NCBI RefSeq assembly: GCF_964194025.1 | Contig: NC_134479.1 | Location: 27,156,001 to 27,220,000 of the forward strand | From: Convolutriloba macropyga | Lineage: Eukaryota | Direction of reading: 5' to 3' | DNA length: 64,000 nt | Shown: in pieces, positions 13,872 to 27,340 of the stretch | How the letters are laid out: each line of letters opens with the position of its first letter | Position numbering within the stretch: position 1 is the first letter of the stretch | Made by a program: the position numbers and the translations under genes | Notes under the pieces: model-generated | Seen by the model: the letters and a program-made list of their open reading frames with translations, nothing else | Told to the model about the DNA's origin: nothing | Database searches by the model: none

Positions 13872-14461
13872 CCCGTGTTGAAGATAACGACGAAAAAACA
13901 ACTGTATTTTGTAAGAGGTCGTAGTTTTGTTGTTTTTGTCGTTTTGTCGCCGTTTTCTTTGTTTCATTAGTTTCCGTCTTCTAAGTAGTCTTTTAAGTGT
14001 AAGAAATGATCATTTCTTTGTCGTTTTTGTCATTTCTTAGGTCGTTTTTTTTTTCAAATGAAATCGTCGTTTTTTGATCGTTTTTCGTTTTTTTATATCG
14101 TTTCTTACGTCGTTTTTTTTTCAAAAGAAATAGTCATTTTTCGATTGTTTTTTTTGTCGTTTAATTGCTCTTGAACAAGTTTTTTTCTATTAGATCGTTT
14201 TGGCATATCTGTATTAAGCCCTGAAAGCGCAGTGGCAAGTGCATCAGGTAGTGAACCTGGAATTCAATAATTCGAAACCCAGTGGGGAGCACGTTTTTTT
14301 TGTCGTTTTTTGAAAAAACGATCATTTCTTACGCAATAAAAAGACGAAATAACGAACAAAACGACGATTCTAACGTAAGGGCTTTGATCGCTTTTGTCTA
14401 ATGAAAACAATTAAAAAACGACGATTTCTTACAAGTGAAAAACAAAATTCGTCAAGACGGG
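13872..14461. mobile_element. Non-autonomous CMC-like DNA transposon (CCCGT family, gtcgtttt repeats) with internal tRNA-like segment
   Basis: Termini cccgtgttgaag / cgtcaagacggg, TSD AT, gtcgtttt repeats on the left and aaaacgac on the right. Confidence 0.8.
14218..14301 (+). other. tRNA-derived (pseudo-tRNA) segment inside a MITE
   Basis: A-box-like aagcgcagtgg, stem-loop cagg-tagtgaa-cctg, degenerate B box ttcgaaaccc, then T8. The acceptor and T stems do not pair cleanly. Confidence 0.5.
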
Positions 14462-14565
14462 ATGTTTTCACCAAGTCTTAAGACTTGTAAAAAGACTTGA
14501 TCAGTACTGATTTTTCTATTCATGACGTGCATTTCTCTGGAATCGTGCATTGATCAAGACTTCCG

Positions 14566-14626
14566 TGCACTTAAAGGGAAAAATCTAAACTGACACGTGA
14601 TAATTTAGATTTTTTCCTTTAAGTAC
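14566..14626. repeat. Short hairpin / inverted repeat
   Basis: cacttaaagggaaaaatctaaa ... tttagattttttcctttaagta around a central cacgtg; a partial third copy follows at 14644-14676. Confidence 0.75.
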
Positions 14627-16811
14627 GGGAACACTCAATGGTTTTTAGATTTTGCCCCTAATTGTACGGGAACACTTGTTAATTGCAAATTATAAAGCCT
14701 GGAAAATGAATTAGATAAATCCTGAGACTAAAACCGTTAAAATGATTAAAACGGTAATCTGCGGTAAAAAGGTTAAATTTTTATGGGCTCATGTATAAAT
14801 TAATGTGGAAAATTTGAAAGATCTGAAATGATCTACCAGTAAACATTCACAAAACGGGCATTCAGATTACTTTGTTCAGATGTTAAATGCGTCATTAACT
14901 GAGCTAAAACCGATTTATCGAAACTACGAGTCGCGAAAACCAAAACCAGATAGAACTTCTTTTGAGTATGAATAGCTTGTGAGAAATCTAATTTTTTTAA
15001 GATTTGCTTGTCGGTGTATGAGCTAGAACTATTGTTTAAGATACTTTACAAAAATTTGCTTGAAATCTTTACTGAATTTGGGGTATCCAAGGGTCAGGGG
15101 ATCTAAAAGTGATATGCCCACTAAGCTGGGGGGGGGGGGGGGGGGAGGTCCATGTTAGGAACGAATTCCATTATCTTTTAATGTTAGCTCGACTATGTTT
15201 TTGAAGTTTGAAAGGTATAAGATCACGCGGACTAATTAATTATCTGGTTTACATTTTGCATTCGTAAGACTGATTCAAATCCATTTTCTAACACGTTTTG
15301 ACACCAGTTCCTTGACATGTATTAAATTTAAGATCGCGAGCTGATTGTTTACATGGTAGTTTTTAAAAGCATAAATTCAAACCTGTGTTGTAAACATTCA
15401 TGGGACATCAAATCATTGTTCCCTGCAAGCTGATAAAACCATGATGCTTTGTAAGAAGGGGTCACAAATGTGCAACACGTCTCAAGTATCACTAAAACCG
15501 AAGGGTTACCTAGTTTTTATTTGTCAAAACAAGAATGCCCTACTTCCAAAAATTGTCTTTTTTAAAACGTATAAACGTAAGAAAATCTTCAGTGTGTTCG
15601 ATTTTAGACAAAAACGACGAAAACCCCTAGTTATTTGTTGCCGTTATAATCAGTTTCAAACGTAAATAATAACTCTTTTGTTCAGCGTTTTCACTGTCGG
15701 AAATTTCTGGTATGTGGGGTTTAAAACAATAACGAGAAAACATCTAAAATCAGTGAATGGGAATCAATCAAGCGAGTGAACATCAATGGTCATCAAGAAT
15801 TTTAGATTTTTTGAACACCGAATAAGAAATTTATATTTGCCAATTATATAGTCTATGCTCAACGAGCTAAAGAATAATTTCCAAAAAAATTTCTTAAAAA
15901 ATTTGCTCCAAGTAATTTTGAAAATTCTGCAGAAAGAGCGCTATTATATCGCTTGATGACTTTATAAACAAAAAAAAAATCAACTGTTTCAAAAAAACTA
16001 ACCAAATAAATATTTTTCCGTTTAAAAGCAAAACATTTTGAGTCTTGCGAAACGTAACAGACTGCTGCTTTCAGGCGCTTCACACCGAACATGCCGGCAT
16101 TTTCTGTTCAAAGTGAAACATGCCAAACAAATGGAGAACACTGACAACTTAACAACTTGACAGAAGTCCATATATACAAAAGCAGAAGCTAAGTTCTACG
16201 CAAGTTTTTAAATGTCAGATCTCTTGTGTCAGATTCCAGAATCCCAGACTGCTAATACCAATTGCGGTTTTCTAAAACTGTCGTTAATTTAAAACTTGCA
16301 AAGTGTGTTACCGAGTAAATTGAAAGGAATAAATTTTATCATTAGATAGAGAATTTTTGTGCGGATATTATATCAAACCTTTGGCTTAGTTTTGCCGTTC
16401 TAAATGCCACATACGTATTGTTTCTGACAAATTCCAAAACCGATTTCCCACTAAGAATAACTTCTAAAATGGCTCAAAACCGGCTTAGCATAATAATTTT
16501 CGGTTTTTTGAACGAATTGAATTGGCGACCGATCTCAGACTAAGACCTGCTAAAAAATCAAACCATATTTGCCGTTGTAAGTTCACGATGCTTTTTGCCT
16601 TGATGATGCTACGAACAGATGCCTTAACGTTGCTTGATGAAATTAAAACGTTATGATATATAACGGAGCTAAGTCAACGCCATGATAAGCAGTTGCTCTT
16701 TTGAGTGAACTTAATTCTCTGCCTGTGCGTTCTTAAATCAAAACTGTATTGCGCTTTTTGTAACGTTTTAACTTAGCCCATTCTTGAATCTTATTGATTT
16801 CTTCAATTATA

Positions 16812-17643
16812 ATGGCCAACCAAAAAGATACCCCTGAACTAAGGCAACTCATACAGAGCATCCCAGACGGGGCAACAAAAGAGGCAGTGCAGGCAGTACT
16901 GGACCGCCTTGAGGACCATGAAAGACAAACAGATGATAGGTTTGCAGACCTGGCCGATTTTACCGCGAGACTGGATTCCAGGTTAAGGGATCAGGAAAGG
17001 TATACACACAACAACTCAGTGATAACATAAAACGCTCCCTTTGATGCGGCCAAGTCAACCGCTGAATGGTTACCAAAGTTGATAGAGTTTTTAAACAAAC
17101 TAAATAAACTTTGTGATGTTACTATAACGGAAAGACGTCTAACTGCTTTTCACATATTACCGGGTCCTGAAAAAAAGCCTGCTGGTATAACTCCATCTGT
17201 GATTGTTAAGTTTGCTTATTTTTGAGACAAAGACGTGGTGTACAAAAATAGAAGGATGCTTAAACACATGTTTAATCCAATTAACGATAGAAAAATTTGG
17301 ATGAATTAGACCTTGCCACCACTAGATGCCTTTGTCGAGAATTTGGCTCGCAGTAAAAAAACTCATTGAAGTTACGAACAAATGTAAAGTTTCAGTGATG
17401 TGTAAGAACAATAAGGGTGAAAATGTCTTTGTGAGGTTTAATAACGCTCTAGATGTTAATAATCTAATAAAAAACCAGTGATTCCTGATGTTCCTAACTT
17501 TTCTGGTGCTAACGCTGTAAAACTCAAAGCTAATCATGTCGTGGGTCAAAAAAGACAGCTTGATACACCGGAAAGGGAATTTGCGGCAATGTCTCCTGAA
17601 GAAAAAAGACAACACAGTTCTCTCATTGATGGTTTTTGAATAG
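16812..17643 (+). pseudogene. LINE ORF1 (coiled-coil plus RRM-like), disrupted
   Basis: MANQKDTPELRQL...LRDQERYTHNNSVIT*...AFHILPG...PSVIVKFAY..DKDVVYKNRRMLK...KIWMN*TLP matches the usual LINE ORF1 pattern; it has in-frame stops and frameshifts. Confidence 0.75.
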
Positions 17644-18247
17644 CTCAAATTTGTTTTGAAGATGTAAACTTTCTGTTATTGACTATCCAAGGCTCTGACA
17701 ATTAACTAAGTCTTGTTTATTTTACTCTATGAAACACAACACTTGAGTTTAACAATATTGTACATAGAGCTAAAGAATAAAGAAGTTACCAAGGGGCGGA
17801 TATTATAGGATAACTCGTACTCGAAATGAAAGAATTTTTTTAAATTTTTTTTAACCAACGTAGACTGATGCGACTTCCGCGACAATCTTCTATAAATTTT
17901 AGTGATGTTCTTTAATCACCTTTTGCTACTTCCGCGAAAGGATATGATCATATGCATGTCTCGTCTTGTAGATTTTTTGTGCAGTATGTTGCGACTTCCG
18001 CGACACTTTCTGCCAGTTTAGGGAATCTATTTTTTCCTCTTGCGACTTCCGCGAGAGGAAATTCTGTAACATTGTTGTTTGAGCATCGAAAACCATAGTA
18101 AAAATTGTTGGGAAAATTACGTACAAATAATGAATCCTTGCTCTTATCACAGCGTTTTCAAGGTTTATTTATCCTTCTGGTTTTACTCGTACAAAAACGC
18201 AGAAAATGTTTAAAAAACAATCAATTTAGAACGTCATTGCATAGAAA

Positions 18248-21067
18248 ATGACGCTCAATATACCTACAGAATATTAGGTCCCTGAGACAAAATTACGATC
18301 AACTTGAAGTATACCTTAATCAATTACCAGATCAACCGCTAGCATTAGTCTTTACGGAAACCAGATGTTCGGATGAAACCAATTTGGAGGGATATAGACT
18401 CCCGAATCTGTCTACCTTGGTAACATGCAACAGAAATAATACAGGTGGGTTGGGGGATTGGGATTTTATTTTCCACTCATACTAAACTACTAAACGTTAT
18501 AAGAAGCAGTGTTAAAAATGTGCAAATTCTCAGTACCATTCTTCAGAGTGGTCCCGAAGTGCTAATAGTAACAGGAGTTTATAAGTCTCCTAATTACCCT
18601 ATGGACGAATTCCTAGCTGTGTTAGGCGATCACATGACAATCCTTATATCAAAAGAAGCTACGAAACATGTAATTTGCGGTGACTTTAATAGAAACGTCT
18701 TCCTAGAGGACCGAAAATTAAGCAAACTGATAGAGATGTTGTCAAATTTTGGATTTCAGCTGAAAAACAACAGAAGAGCTACCAGAGAAACCACATGTAG
18801 CAAAACATGCATTGATCTGCTCTTCTCTAACTTTGAATGTGTGTGCAATGTGGACAAAACCGCTCTTTCTCATCATTATACAGTCTATTTCTCAGCAACT
18901 TTCTTTGCAAACCTAGACACGACCGCGGCTTCGGAGTTTATAAATTCACAATTTAAGAAACTCAAAGAGGTGAATATTTAGAAAGAAACAAATTATCTAG
19001 TCCACCTTGAAATTGAAGAACAGCTTTTAATGATAGATTCTCTTGATTTTGATCAGTCAATTGAGTGGCTTCAACAGACAATTATTTCTTCCAAGGAGTC
19101 AGTTATACCAACCGTTCAACAAACTAAGCCATAATCGACTAAGCAACAATTCGTAACCTCGCAAACAAAAAAAACACTTAAGATAATATCTTAGAGATAA
19201 TACAACCGAATCCAAAAAAAAAACAAATACAAAATTGTCTGTCGTAAAACAAAAGCAGCTTGCAATTTACCAAAGACAAACATTTATGAACAACAGATTG
19301 GCAGTAAAAATGGGTCACAGACTTTATTCAAGATAGTCAAAGATTTAAATGGTGATAAAAATATTGAACAACAGTGTACCGTAGACTGCCATGACACGAA
19401 TTATTTTTTGAATACAATTGGAGAAAAATTAGCTTTGACAAAAAACAAATCAGCTGATTTAACAAATATTCCAATACAAAAACAGACAATGGTTTTTCAG
19501 GAAACAAATGCGGATGAAGTCTTTGAAACAGTCAGACAGTTAAAAATAAAAATTCCTGCGATATGTTTCACATAAGTAGTAGCCTGCTGAATGCCGTTAA
19601 TCAGGCAACATGTGAACTTTTGGCGTCAGTTTTCAACAAATGCGTAGAAGAAACCTAGTTTCCCAAAATTTTAAAAACGGCAAAATTATTACCAATTTTC
19701 AAATCAGGAGAGAAAGGTAGTCCACAGATCTACCGACCTATATCGCTACTCCCAGTAATAGGAAAAGTATTTGAAAAATTAATCTATGCCCAAATAAATT
19801 GTTTCCTGGTTCAAGATAATATATTGAGCGAAATACAGTTTGGATTTAGAAATAAAAGAAGTACAGTTGATGCCATTGCAAAACTTACTGAAAATATTAG
19901 GTTATATCTTGACTCTTTGGATGAAACATGCAGTGTTTTCCTAGATTTGACAAAAGCTTTTGACACTGTTGACCACAATCTTCTTTTATTAAAATGCGAA
20001 AGGTATGGATTGAGAGGTTGTGTTTATCATCTCTTGAAATCGTATCTATCTGATCGTAAACAATTTGTCCAGATTGGCGACAAGCAGTCTGCCGTCTTAG
20101 ATGTTAAATATGGTGTCTCACAGGAGTCCGTCTTAGGACCAATTTTTTTTCTGCTGTACATAAATGATATCGAGAGAGTTTGCCAATCAAGCGAAATCAT
20201 ACTTTTCGCGGACGAAACAACTATTTAATCTTTTACTAAACTTAATAATGATGACTTCCTAAACGATCTTGGCAGGTTGTGCGATTGGTTTGACAGAAAT
20301 AAGTTGACAGTAACTTTCTCAAAGTGTAACATGAATTGTTTTGCAAAAAGGGAGACTGTGAAAAGATTACAATTACAAGGAATAACGTTGTATGACAAAG
20401 AGAGTACAAAAGACCTTGGTGTACACATTGATAAAAAACTAAGCTTTAAAACGCACATAGGAGAAATCAGGAGCAAGCTTAAGAAAACAATCTATTGTTT
20501 CTAACAATACAAAAATAGTTTCAGAAGGGATACTTTGATTAAGTTATACAAATTCTATGTCCAACCAGTTCTTCAGTATGGTGTACTAATTTATGGTTGC
20601 GCAGGCAAATTGGAGCTTAAAAAACTTAACTGGTCACAAAATCACATAATCAGGATAGTATTCGGACTGAAAAAATTCAACAGCGTCCGCGATGTCAGAG
20701 AGAAATATAAATTACTGACACCAATGGAATTGCATGTGTACGAGTTGTTAAAATTGATGAGTGAGAGTTTAAGACCAAGTTCTGACTGTGGCTATGGATC
20801 ACAAATCTTCAGCAATGAAGAAGTCCGCAACATTCAGTCTGATGAGAAAAGACTAAAAACCGTAAAAACCATGAGTTTGACGACGTGCCAACAAAAAGAA
20901 CTCTTATGTACCGAAAAAGAAAATTGTTTAATTTTTTAGTTACTCTAGACAAAAACATTGAAAGAGAAATTTTAGTTGTAAACGAATCTGATCTAGTTAA
21001 TATCCTACATAACTTAAGAGACAATTACATACAGGGAAACGAAGTGCTGACGGGACAGTTCTGGTAA
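18248..21067 (+). pseudogene. LINE ORF2 (APE endonuclease plus reverse transcriptase), disrupted
   Basis: EN motifs NIRSL, FTET, GVYKSP, ICGDFN, TCIDLLF, SHH. RT motifs YRPISLLPVIGKVFEK, QFGFR, FLDLTKAFDTVDH, GVSQESVLGP, LFADET (catalytic DD reads DE). Many stops and frameshifts. Confidence 0.93.
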
Positions 21068-22023
21068 ATTGATCAGTAGCGTAAGGTAACTTCTTTATTC
21101 TGCAAGCTTTATAGATGCACCATCCTATGGACAGGCTCAGGCCTTTTTGGTGACCTCTCGAATGTGTTGTATTTTTATACACTTGTTCGGAAATAAATTA
21201 TTATTATTATTATAGTAAAGATTGCGATAGAGTGTTTTTCATCTATTAAGTGTTTGTTTCCTGCACGGATACGTGACCCTTCGAAAGTTATTTCAAAATT
21301 CAGGCTTAAATGTTGAAACGCTACGCGGTTCTCAAGTATGGTTAGATTTTCTAAGTGACTTCATAAAAAGCACGTAATCATTTGTACATATTTTGAAACT
21401 AAAAAAATTAAAACAGTTATCTTGTAAGACTTAAGAGAGTGATTCAAGATAAAAGTTCATTAACAAAAATCGTGCGACATAACCGTCCTATGTTTAGGGT
21501 GGATGTCTTGTAAAAAAAACTGACTTATTCATTTTGTCATCTTTCATCAATAAGAGCTTTTATTGTCAACATCGAACATACGTCAACGAGAAAAAAATCC
21601 AATCATAATTGGTTTCAACAAGTGTACAAAATATATTCCAAAAAATATCATGAGCGAAGTGAAACATTCAATCAAAGGTCAATTGATTAGTGTATTAGTT
21701 TCATTTGAGTCATTCAAGGTGCGAATCGAAACTTTTAATAATTTCTTACTGTAATTCAAAAGGGTGGTAGACGTTTCTCTGTTTTCAACTCACTTTCTGT
21801 CCTAAAAGTCTTTATCTAATCACCGCAATGAATATAGTACTAAGGATGGCCCATTGAAGAAGATCAAACCGTTTTCAACCTAAAATATGCCTTACATTTA
21901 TGTGTAGTTGTTACCATACAGATGCCACACCTGATTTTTGTAAGACTGTTACTCAAATTTTGAGAGCATTCACTCATCTTTTTGACTAACAATGATCAGC
22001 AACACAAAACGGCATTACAAAAT

Positions 22024-22150
22024 GGGGTCTTTCCCATTATAGCCCCCCAGCTTAGTGGTCAGATAACCTATATCCCCACCCAATCATGGTAAATATACCA
22101 TAATGGGGGAGCTATGATTTCATGGGAGGGGCTGTTATGGGAAAGACCCA
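22024..22150. mobile_element. Miniature inverted-repeat element (GGGTCTTT termini)
   Basis: gggtctttcccattatagccccc ... ggggctgttatgggaaagaccc form about 22-bp TIRs. Confidence 0.75.
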
Positions 22151-22423
22151 TAAAATAGACCTTAAAAAGTCACTCCTGGTTAATTTTGAGGTTCTTTCAG
22201 CACCGTATGCGCAAAACATTACACAGGACTTCATGAACATAATAAATGACACAAAAACAGTTCAACTGATTCATTTGTAGCAGTTCAGTTCAATTCAGAT
22301 ATAGCAAAATAACTTTTAAAATAATTTTTTAGCAAATTCAAAATATTTGCACGTGCGTTGTCTCAAATTATCCCTTTTCTACTTTTTAGTACCATTTTTG
22401 TAAAGAAAAATTCGACAAAAAAA

Positions 22424-23317
22424 TGGGATCTTTTCTGTTTGTCTCCCCAGCTTATTCGGTGCATATTATTTGCAGCCTCAGACGCACGTGCCATATTTTT
22501 GCATAATGGTTTAGTGTGTAATCCCTAGTCAAGATCAGATGGTTATCTTGCAAGATCTTCCAAGATTCTTGCAAAAAATGGTTATCTTGCACGATCTTGC
22601 AAGAAAATGTTTATCTTGCAAGATCTTGCAAGACGATGGCTATCTTGCAAGATCTTGCAAGAAGAATGATTATCTTGCAATATTCTTGCAAGTTCGTTCC
22701 GGTCGAGCTCTGCTATCATTGGCTGTTTTAGACGCATTATCTTTCATTTAGCGCAAACTATTACCAAAATATAGTGGAATGAGTTTTCAGAGATCATTTG
22801 AAACAAAATTTATACCAGATATCTGTATTTTATTACAGCCGTTGGTATTAATACTGGTTACTCTCATTTATTTACTTTAATTCGTGCTTCAAATTTCTTG
22901 TTTTGCTACTATGAAAAACAATTTACTTTCTTTTTCTAAATTGATTCTATTTTTAGTTTGAGCGGAAGAAAACAAACTTGATGCTATTTTGGTTGTAATT
23001 ATGTATCACAATGTAAAAAAAATTGATGGGAAACAATGTTTGCGTCTCATTTTGATCTTGTTCGATCATGTTCCATTTATTTGCATATTTGCAAGATGAA
23101 TGGTTATCTTGCAAGATTCTTGCAAGACAAAGGGTTATCTTGCAAGATCTTGCAAGATTTTGGAAGAAAATCTTGCAAGACGATGTATCGTCTTGCAAGA
23201 TTTTGCCAGAATCATGCAAGATCTTGCAAGATGACCATTCGTTGTCGACTGGGGATGACACGTGCTCTCTAACTGTGGGGATCATAACGCACTGGGGGCA
23301 CAAACGGAAAAGACCCA
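22424..23317. mobile_element. Short GGGTCTTTTCCGTTTG-type MITE interrupted by a CMC-like MITE
   Basis: Termini tgggatcttttctgtttgt / acaaacggaaaagaccca; the two halves join to resemble the uninterrupted copy at 28075-28250. Confidence 0.7.
22523..23254. mobile_element. Non-autonomous CMC-like DNA transposon (atcttgcaag repeats)
   Basis: Termini ccctagtc / gactgggg, TSD AT, dense palindromic atcttgcaagat repeats in about 30-bp units at both ends. Confidence 0.85.
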
Positions 23318-25242
23318 AAAATTGTATTTAAAAAGCAACACAAAAAGGTCCTTGCAGGTTATTTGCCTTTAAATCAGTTTCTTTGTTCTCGGGGGACAAT
23401 TCGTCAAAATTAAAACATTGGCTATGAAAAAGGCTGCAAATGGAACACCAGGAGTTTTCCAAGCTACAAGAAATAAATTATTGTTTCTTAATAGCAAATT
23501 TCATATAACTGTTGCATGGATTAACTAACGTATAGTTTAAAGTTGAAAAAAATGCACACAATCATCTAATGCTTAAAAAACTTTGTTTCAGTCCTCTCAA
23601 GTAAAATAATACAGACGATAGCCAATTGAGAGAAATAATGGACCAAGACAATCATCTCATAACAATCATTTTTCCTCTGGGAAAATGTTCACGCCCTAAA
23701 TGTGTTCTTGTTAACTTCAACTTATATTTTCGATGCAAGTATTTTGAACTGCGAATTCTGGCACTCCTTCTGCCCATTAACGACCTACAACCAACTGTCA
23801 CAATAATGTGTACCTGAAAAGTATCATTAAACAGTTTTACGCCTGTCGTTACAAAATGCATCATCATGAACTTAATGACTTCAAGAAAAAGATAAACGAT
23901 TGATTTTTGCCAGACCGAATCACATGCGTTATGATTGGATAAAAAAATTTTCTCTACAAATTTTTGCTCTCAGATTCTCTCTTGTATCCAAATATAGGTA
24001 ACATCAGTCACAGTCAAATTATTGAGATTTTTTTCAGTAAGATTTTGAAACAGAGCCATTTGCAACAATAACATTTTTTTTTTCAGATATCTGTTTTCGT
24101 CTCTATGTGTAGCTGTTTATTTCACGCCTTGAAAATTCCCTATCTCATGTCTACAAACCTAATACTTGATGTCATTTTTTAAAGATCTGGCTAAAAGTTA
24201 ACCTAGCTGCTTTTAGGATCGTTTTTGCATAATTGTGATTAACAACAACCTGGCTCAAAGGCATCGTTAGTGCATTATTGAAAACAGAATGAGTTCCCAA
24301 TAGAACATCATGACTGAACTGATGATTAAAAAATGTGTTAATTATAAATAATATAAAATAAAATAAATTATAAATATTGTAGCACTTCATTTGAAGCAAA
24401 AAGAATGTGGCATTGGCGTACTTTTCGTTATATGGCCAGTTCAAAAGTCTTGGAAAAGCTCTCTGGACCCGGAATACCCCGTTTCATTTTAAGAATGAGA
24501 ATAAACTATTGAGGATGATATCAAACCAGAGTCAATATCTCTAAGAGTTGTTTTCTATTCTGAAAAAATTCTCCACTTACATTCCTAGTGTTTAATTTCC
24601 TTAATCAGTGATTCCATACCTCAACCGTACATATAAAGTATCCGCGTAGAAAACTAGAAATATCAGCAGCAAGTATTTGTAGCCGTGTTTGTACGCATTA
24701 CTGTCGACAGATGATCACAACAAAAAAAGACACAATAAAAGGTACAAACACTTTATCACATTGCGTTAAATTAACCAAACGCATTCTTTGGGTTCCAACT
24801 CATCAAAACTATACACTTAGCAATAAAAAGATTCAAACGTAACCCCTTAAAAAACTAGATGATACAGAGGAAATCGACTGGCTGATATGTAGTAATTTAT
24901 TACAAGTTAATTTCAGCCAGATATTAAAACTTGATTTTTGCCACTTTCTGCAAATTTAAAACTATTGTCTTTATCTCTTCTCTTTAGGTCGTGTCAGCTT
25001 CTATGTAGATGTTAATTTTCCTATTGATGCCATGTCTCAAGTTTTAAAGCCGACTCCAGAAATGAACCGTAAACACTAAGTAACTTTAGATGCGTTTAGC
25101 ATCTTTTTGGCCTAGTAAAGATCACTATTAATGTTTAATTGGATCCATCTTTACTTTTGAATTAAATTACACTATTATTGACTCATTTTGGGGTGAAATT
25201 TTTTGATTAAGAGGCCGAACGTGGCTAGGACTTTGACAACAT

Positions 25243-25988
25243 CCCGGGTCAACGAAAAATTGGGAAAATATGTAAGATAAGCGGTGACAAGTTGTTTTTT
25301 TCATCGCAAATTTTGTACATAAAATTGCGGTGAAATGAGGTAAAATTATTTATGTTCACCGCTATAGCAAGCGGTGTACTTCCAAAAAACGCATTTCACC
25401 TGCCTTCTTCTTCCACTGCGTCATCTCTCATTAAATTCTAGGATTTTTGTTTTGAATATGAATCAAATGCACTCTACTTTATCTAAAACATGCGCGGTGA
25501 ATTTTTGCGAGATTTGCAATTTTTAGCGGCGAAATTACATATTTTAGCAGTGAAATGTGGTGATTTTTTGTAAGTTCACCGCTTACCTTAGTTGTTAAAT
25601 TACAAAATTACAAAAAATTGTCCAAAAGATTTCATCACATTCAGTGCTGATCTCACACAATTTTAACAATTTTGTCTAAGCGGTGAATTTATGTAAATTC
25701 AACACTAAGATGAGCGGTGAATTTATGTAATTTCAGCGCAATTACCGCTTATCTCACATAATTTGGACACTTTTTTTCAGAACGGTGAATTTATGTAAAT
25801 TCACCGCTAAATTCGGCGGGGAAATTATGTAATTTCACCGCTACCAGGCGATAAAGATTTTTTTCACCGCATTCACCGCCCAATTTATATAATTTCACCG
25901 CATTCACCGCTTATCTTACAAGAAATCCCGCATTCACCGCTTTTCTTAGATAATTTTGCATTGAATGGCGGTGACACCTCGACCCGGG
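25243..25988 (-). mobile_element. CCCGGGTC family MITE (ttcaccgc/gcggtgaa repeats)
   Basis: Termini cccgggtcaa / tcgacccggg, TSD AT; reverse orientation relative to the copies at 39360 and 43486. Confidence 0.9.
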
Positions 25989-26821
25989 ATACGAATGTAG
26001 TTGCGCAATGAATTATCTTATCCCCACATTTTGTAGTTAAATTTGCAATTTTTGACCATAGAGCAATGATAATCAATAGCTTCTAAAGCAGTTAGAAGAC
26101 TCGTGTTTCTGAACCTTAAACCCTTTAAACGAAAACTGTTCAAAGCAAATTTTTTAAGTAAATTTAAATGTTCATTTTAATCAGCAAGTTAGCTACTGAA
26201 GTAAATTACGTCTCCTTTTTAAAAAAAGAATGTTATCTCCTAAGATTTTTTGCTGGATGGTGATTATTTTGATAGAGTATAAAATATCTTGCAAATTTTT
26301 GCAGAAAAGGACAGTTATCTTGAAAGAAATTTTCAAGACTCGAATATGGTTATGTAGTTCTAGCAAGATCTTCCGAAAAGAAAACAGTCGGTTTTGGACT
26401 AGGATTATATCTCGATAATTGCTGCTCGCTTATTCATCAAAGTGGCGCTAGCATTTTTTAAGTAAACATTTCAGAAATAGCTATATTCGTAAGTTGCTTG
26501 GTTTAAGCAAGGTTATACGAGTCAGCAGAAGTTACTTCGAAATTTTGGCTATCAAATTGCTGAATCGTTTTGCGGTTCTCGATAACTGCCAGAAGTTTTC
26601 ATTTAATACAAACATGGCCACATAACATTATTAGTCACAACAATTTAGATTCCCTATCCTATAAGGTCAACGCCCATTTAGCATCATGGAACTAAAGTTT
26701 TTCTATATTTGTTACTTTTGAATTGAGAGATTAAATAAGTTAATCACAATGAATATAAATGAATAATGATTTGTGTTTGCTCGCTTTGAATCTCTCTACC
26801 TATAGATAGAAGGCTTTAAGG

Positions 26822-27340
26822 GCGCTCGAATCCGCCCATGACCAGACTCAAGTGCGCTCGAATCCGCCTATGATCAGACTCAAGTGCGCTCGAATCCGCC
26901 CATGACCAGACTCAAGTGCGCTCGAATCCGCCCATGAGCAGACTCAAGTGCGCTCGAATCCGCCCATGACCAGACTCAAGTGCGCTCGAATCCACCCATG
27001 ACCAGACTCAAGTGCGCTCGAATCCGCCCATGACCAGACTCAAGTGCGCTCGAATCCGCCTATGATCAGACTCAAGTGCGCTCGAATCCGCCTATGATCT
27101 GACTCAAGTGCGCTCGAATCCGCCCATGACCAGACTCAAGTGCGCTCGAATCCGTCTATGATCAGACTCAAGTGCGCTCGAATCCGCCCATGACCAGACT
27201 CAAGTGCGCTCGAATCCGCCCATGACCAGACTCAAGTGCGCTCGAATCCGCCTATGATCAGACTCAAGTGCGCTCGAATCCGCCTATGACCAGACTCAAG
27301 TGCGCTCGAATCCGCCCATGACCAGACTCATGTACGCTCG
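26822..27340. repeat. 32-bp GC-rich minisatellite, about 16 copies
   Basis: Unit gcgctcgaatccgcccatgaccagactcaagt, head-to-tail without spacers; cccatgacc and cctatgatc variants. Confidence 0.97.

Larger units (their letters stand above)
16700..21213 (+). mobile_element. Near-full-length decayed non-LTR retrotransposon (LINE, CR1/L2-like group)
   Basis: ORF1 plus ORF2 (APE endonuclease and RT) remnants; the 3' end is AATAAA followed by an (ATT)n tail at 21192-21213. The 5' boundary is approximate. Confidence 0.92.

Noticed and set aside
17868-18062. Mini-CRISPR-like repeat/spacer pattern
   Set aside because: Repeats are only about 14 bp, the intervening segments partly resemble each other, and the block lies within a LINE.
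22539-23331. SCKILQD/LARSCK repeat proteins
   Set aside because: Translations of palindromic atcttgcaag MITE repeats, open in several frames on both strands.
26822-27340. CRISPR array (32-bp repeats)
   Set aside because: Units are head-to-tail with no unique spacers, there are no cas genes, and the context is eukaryotic.
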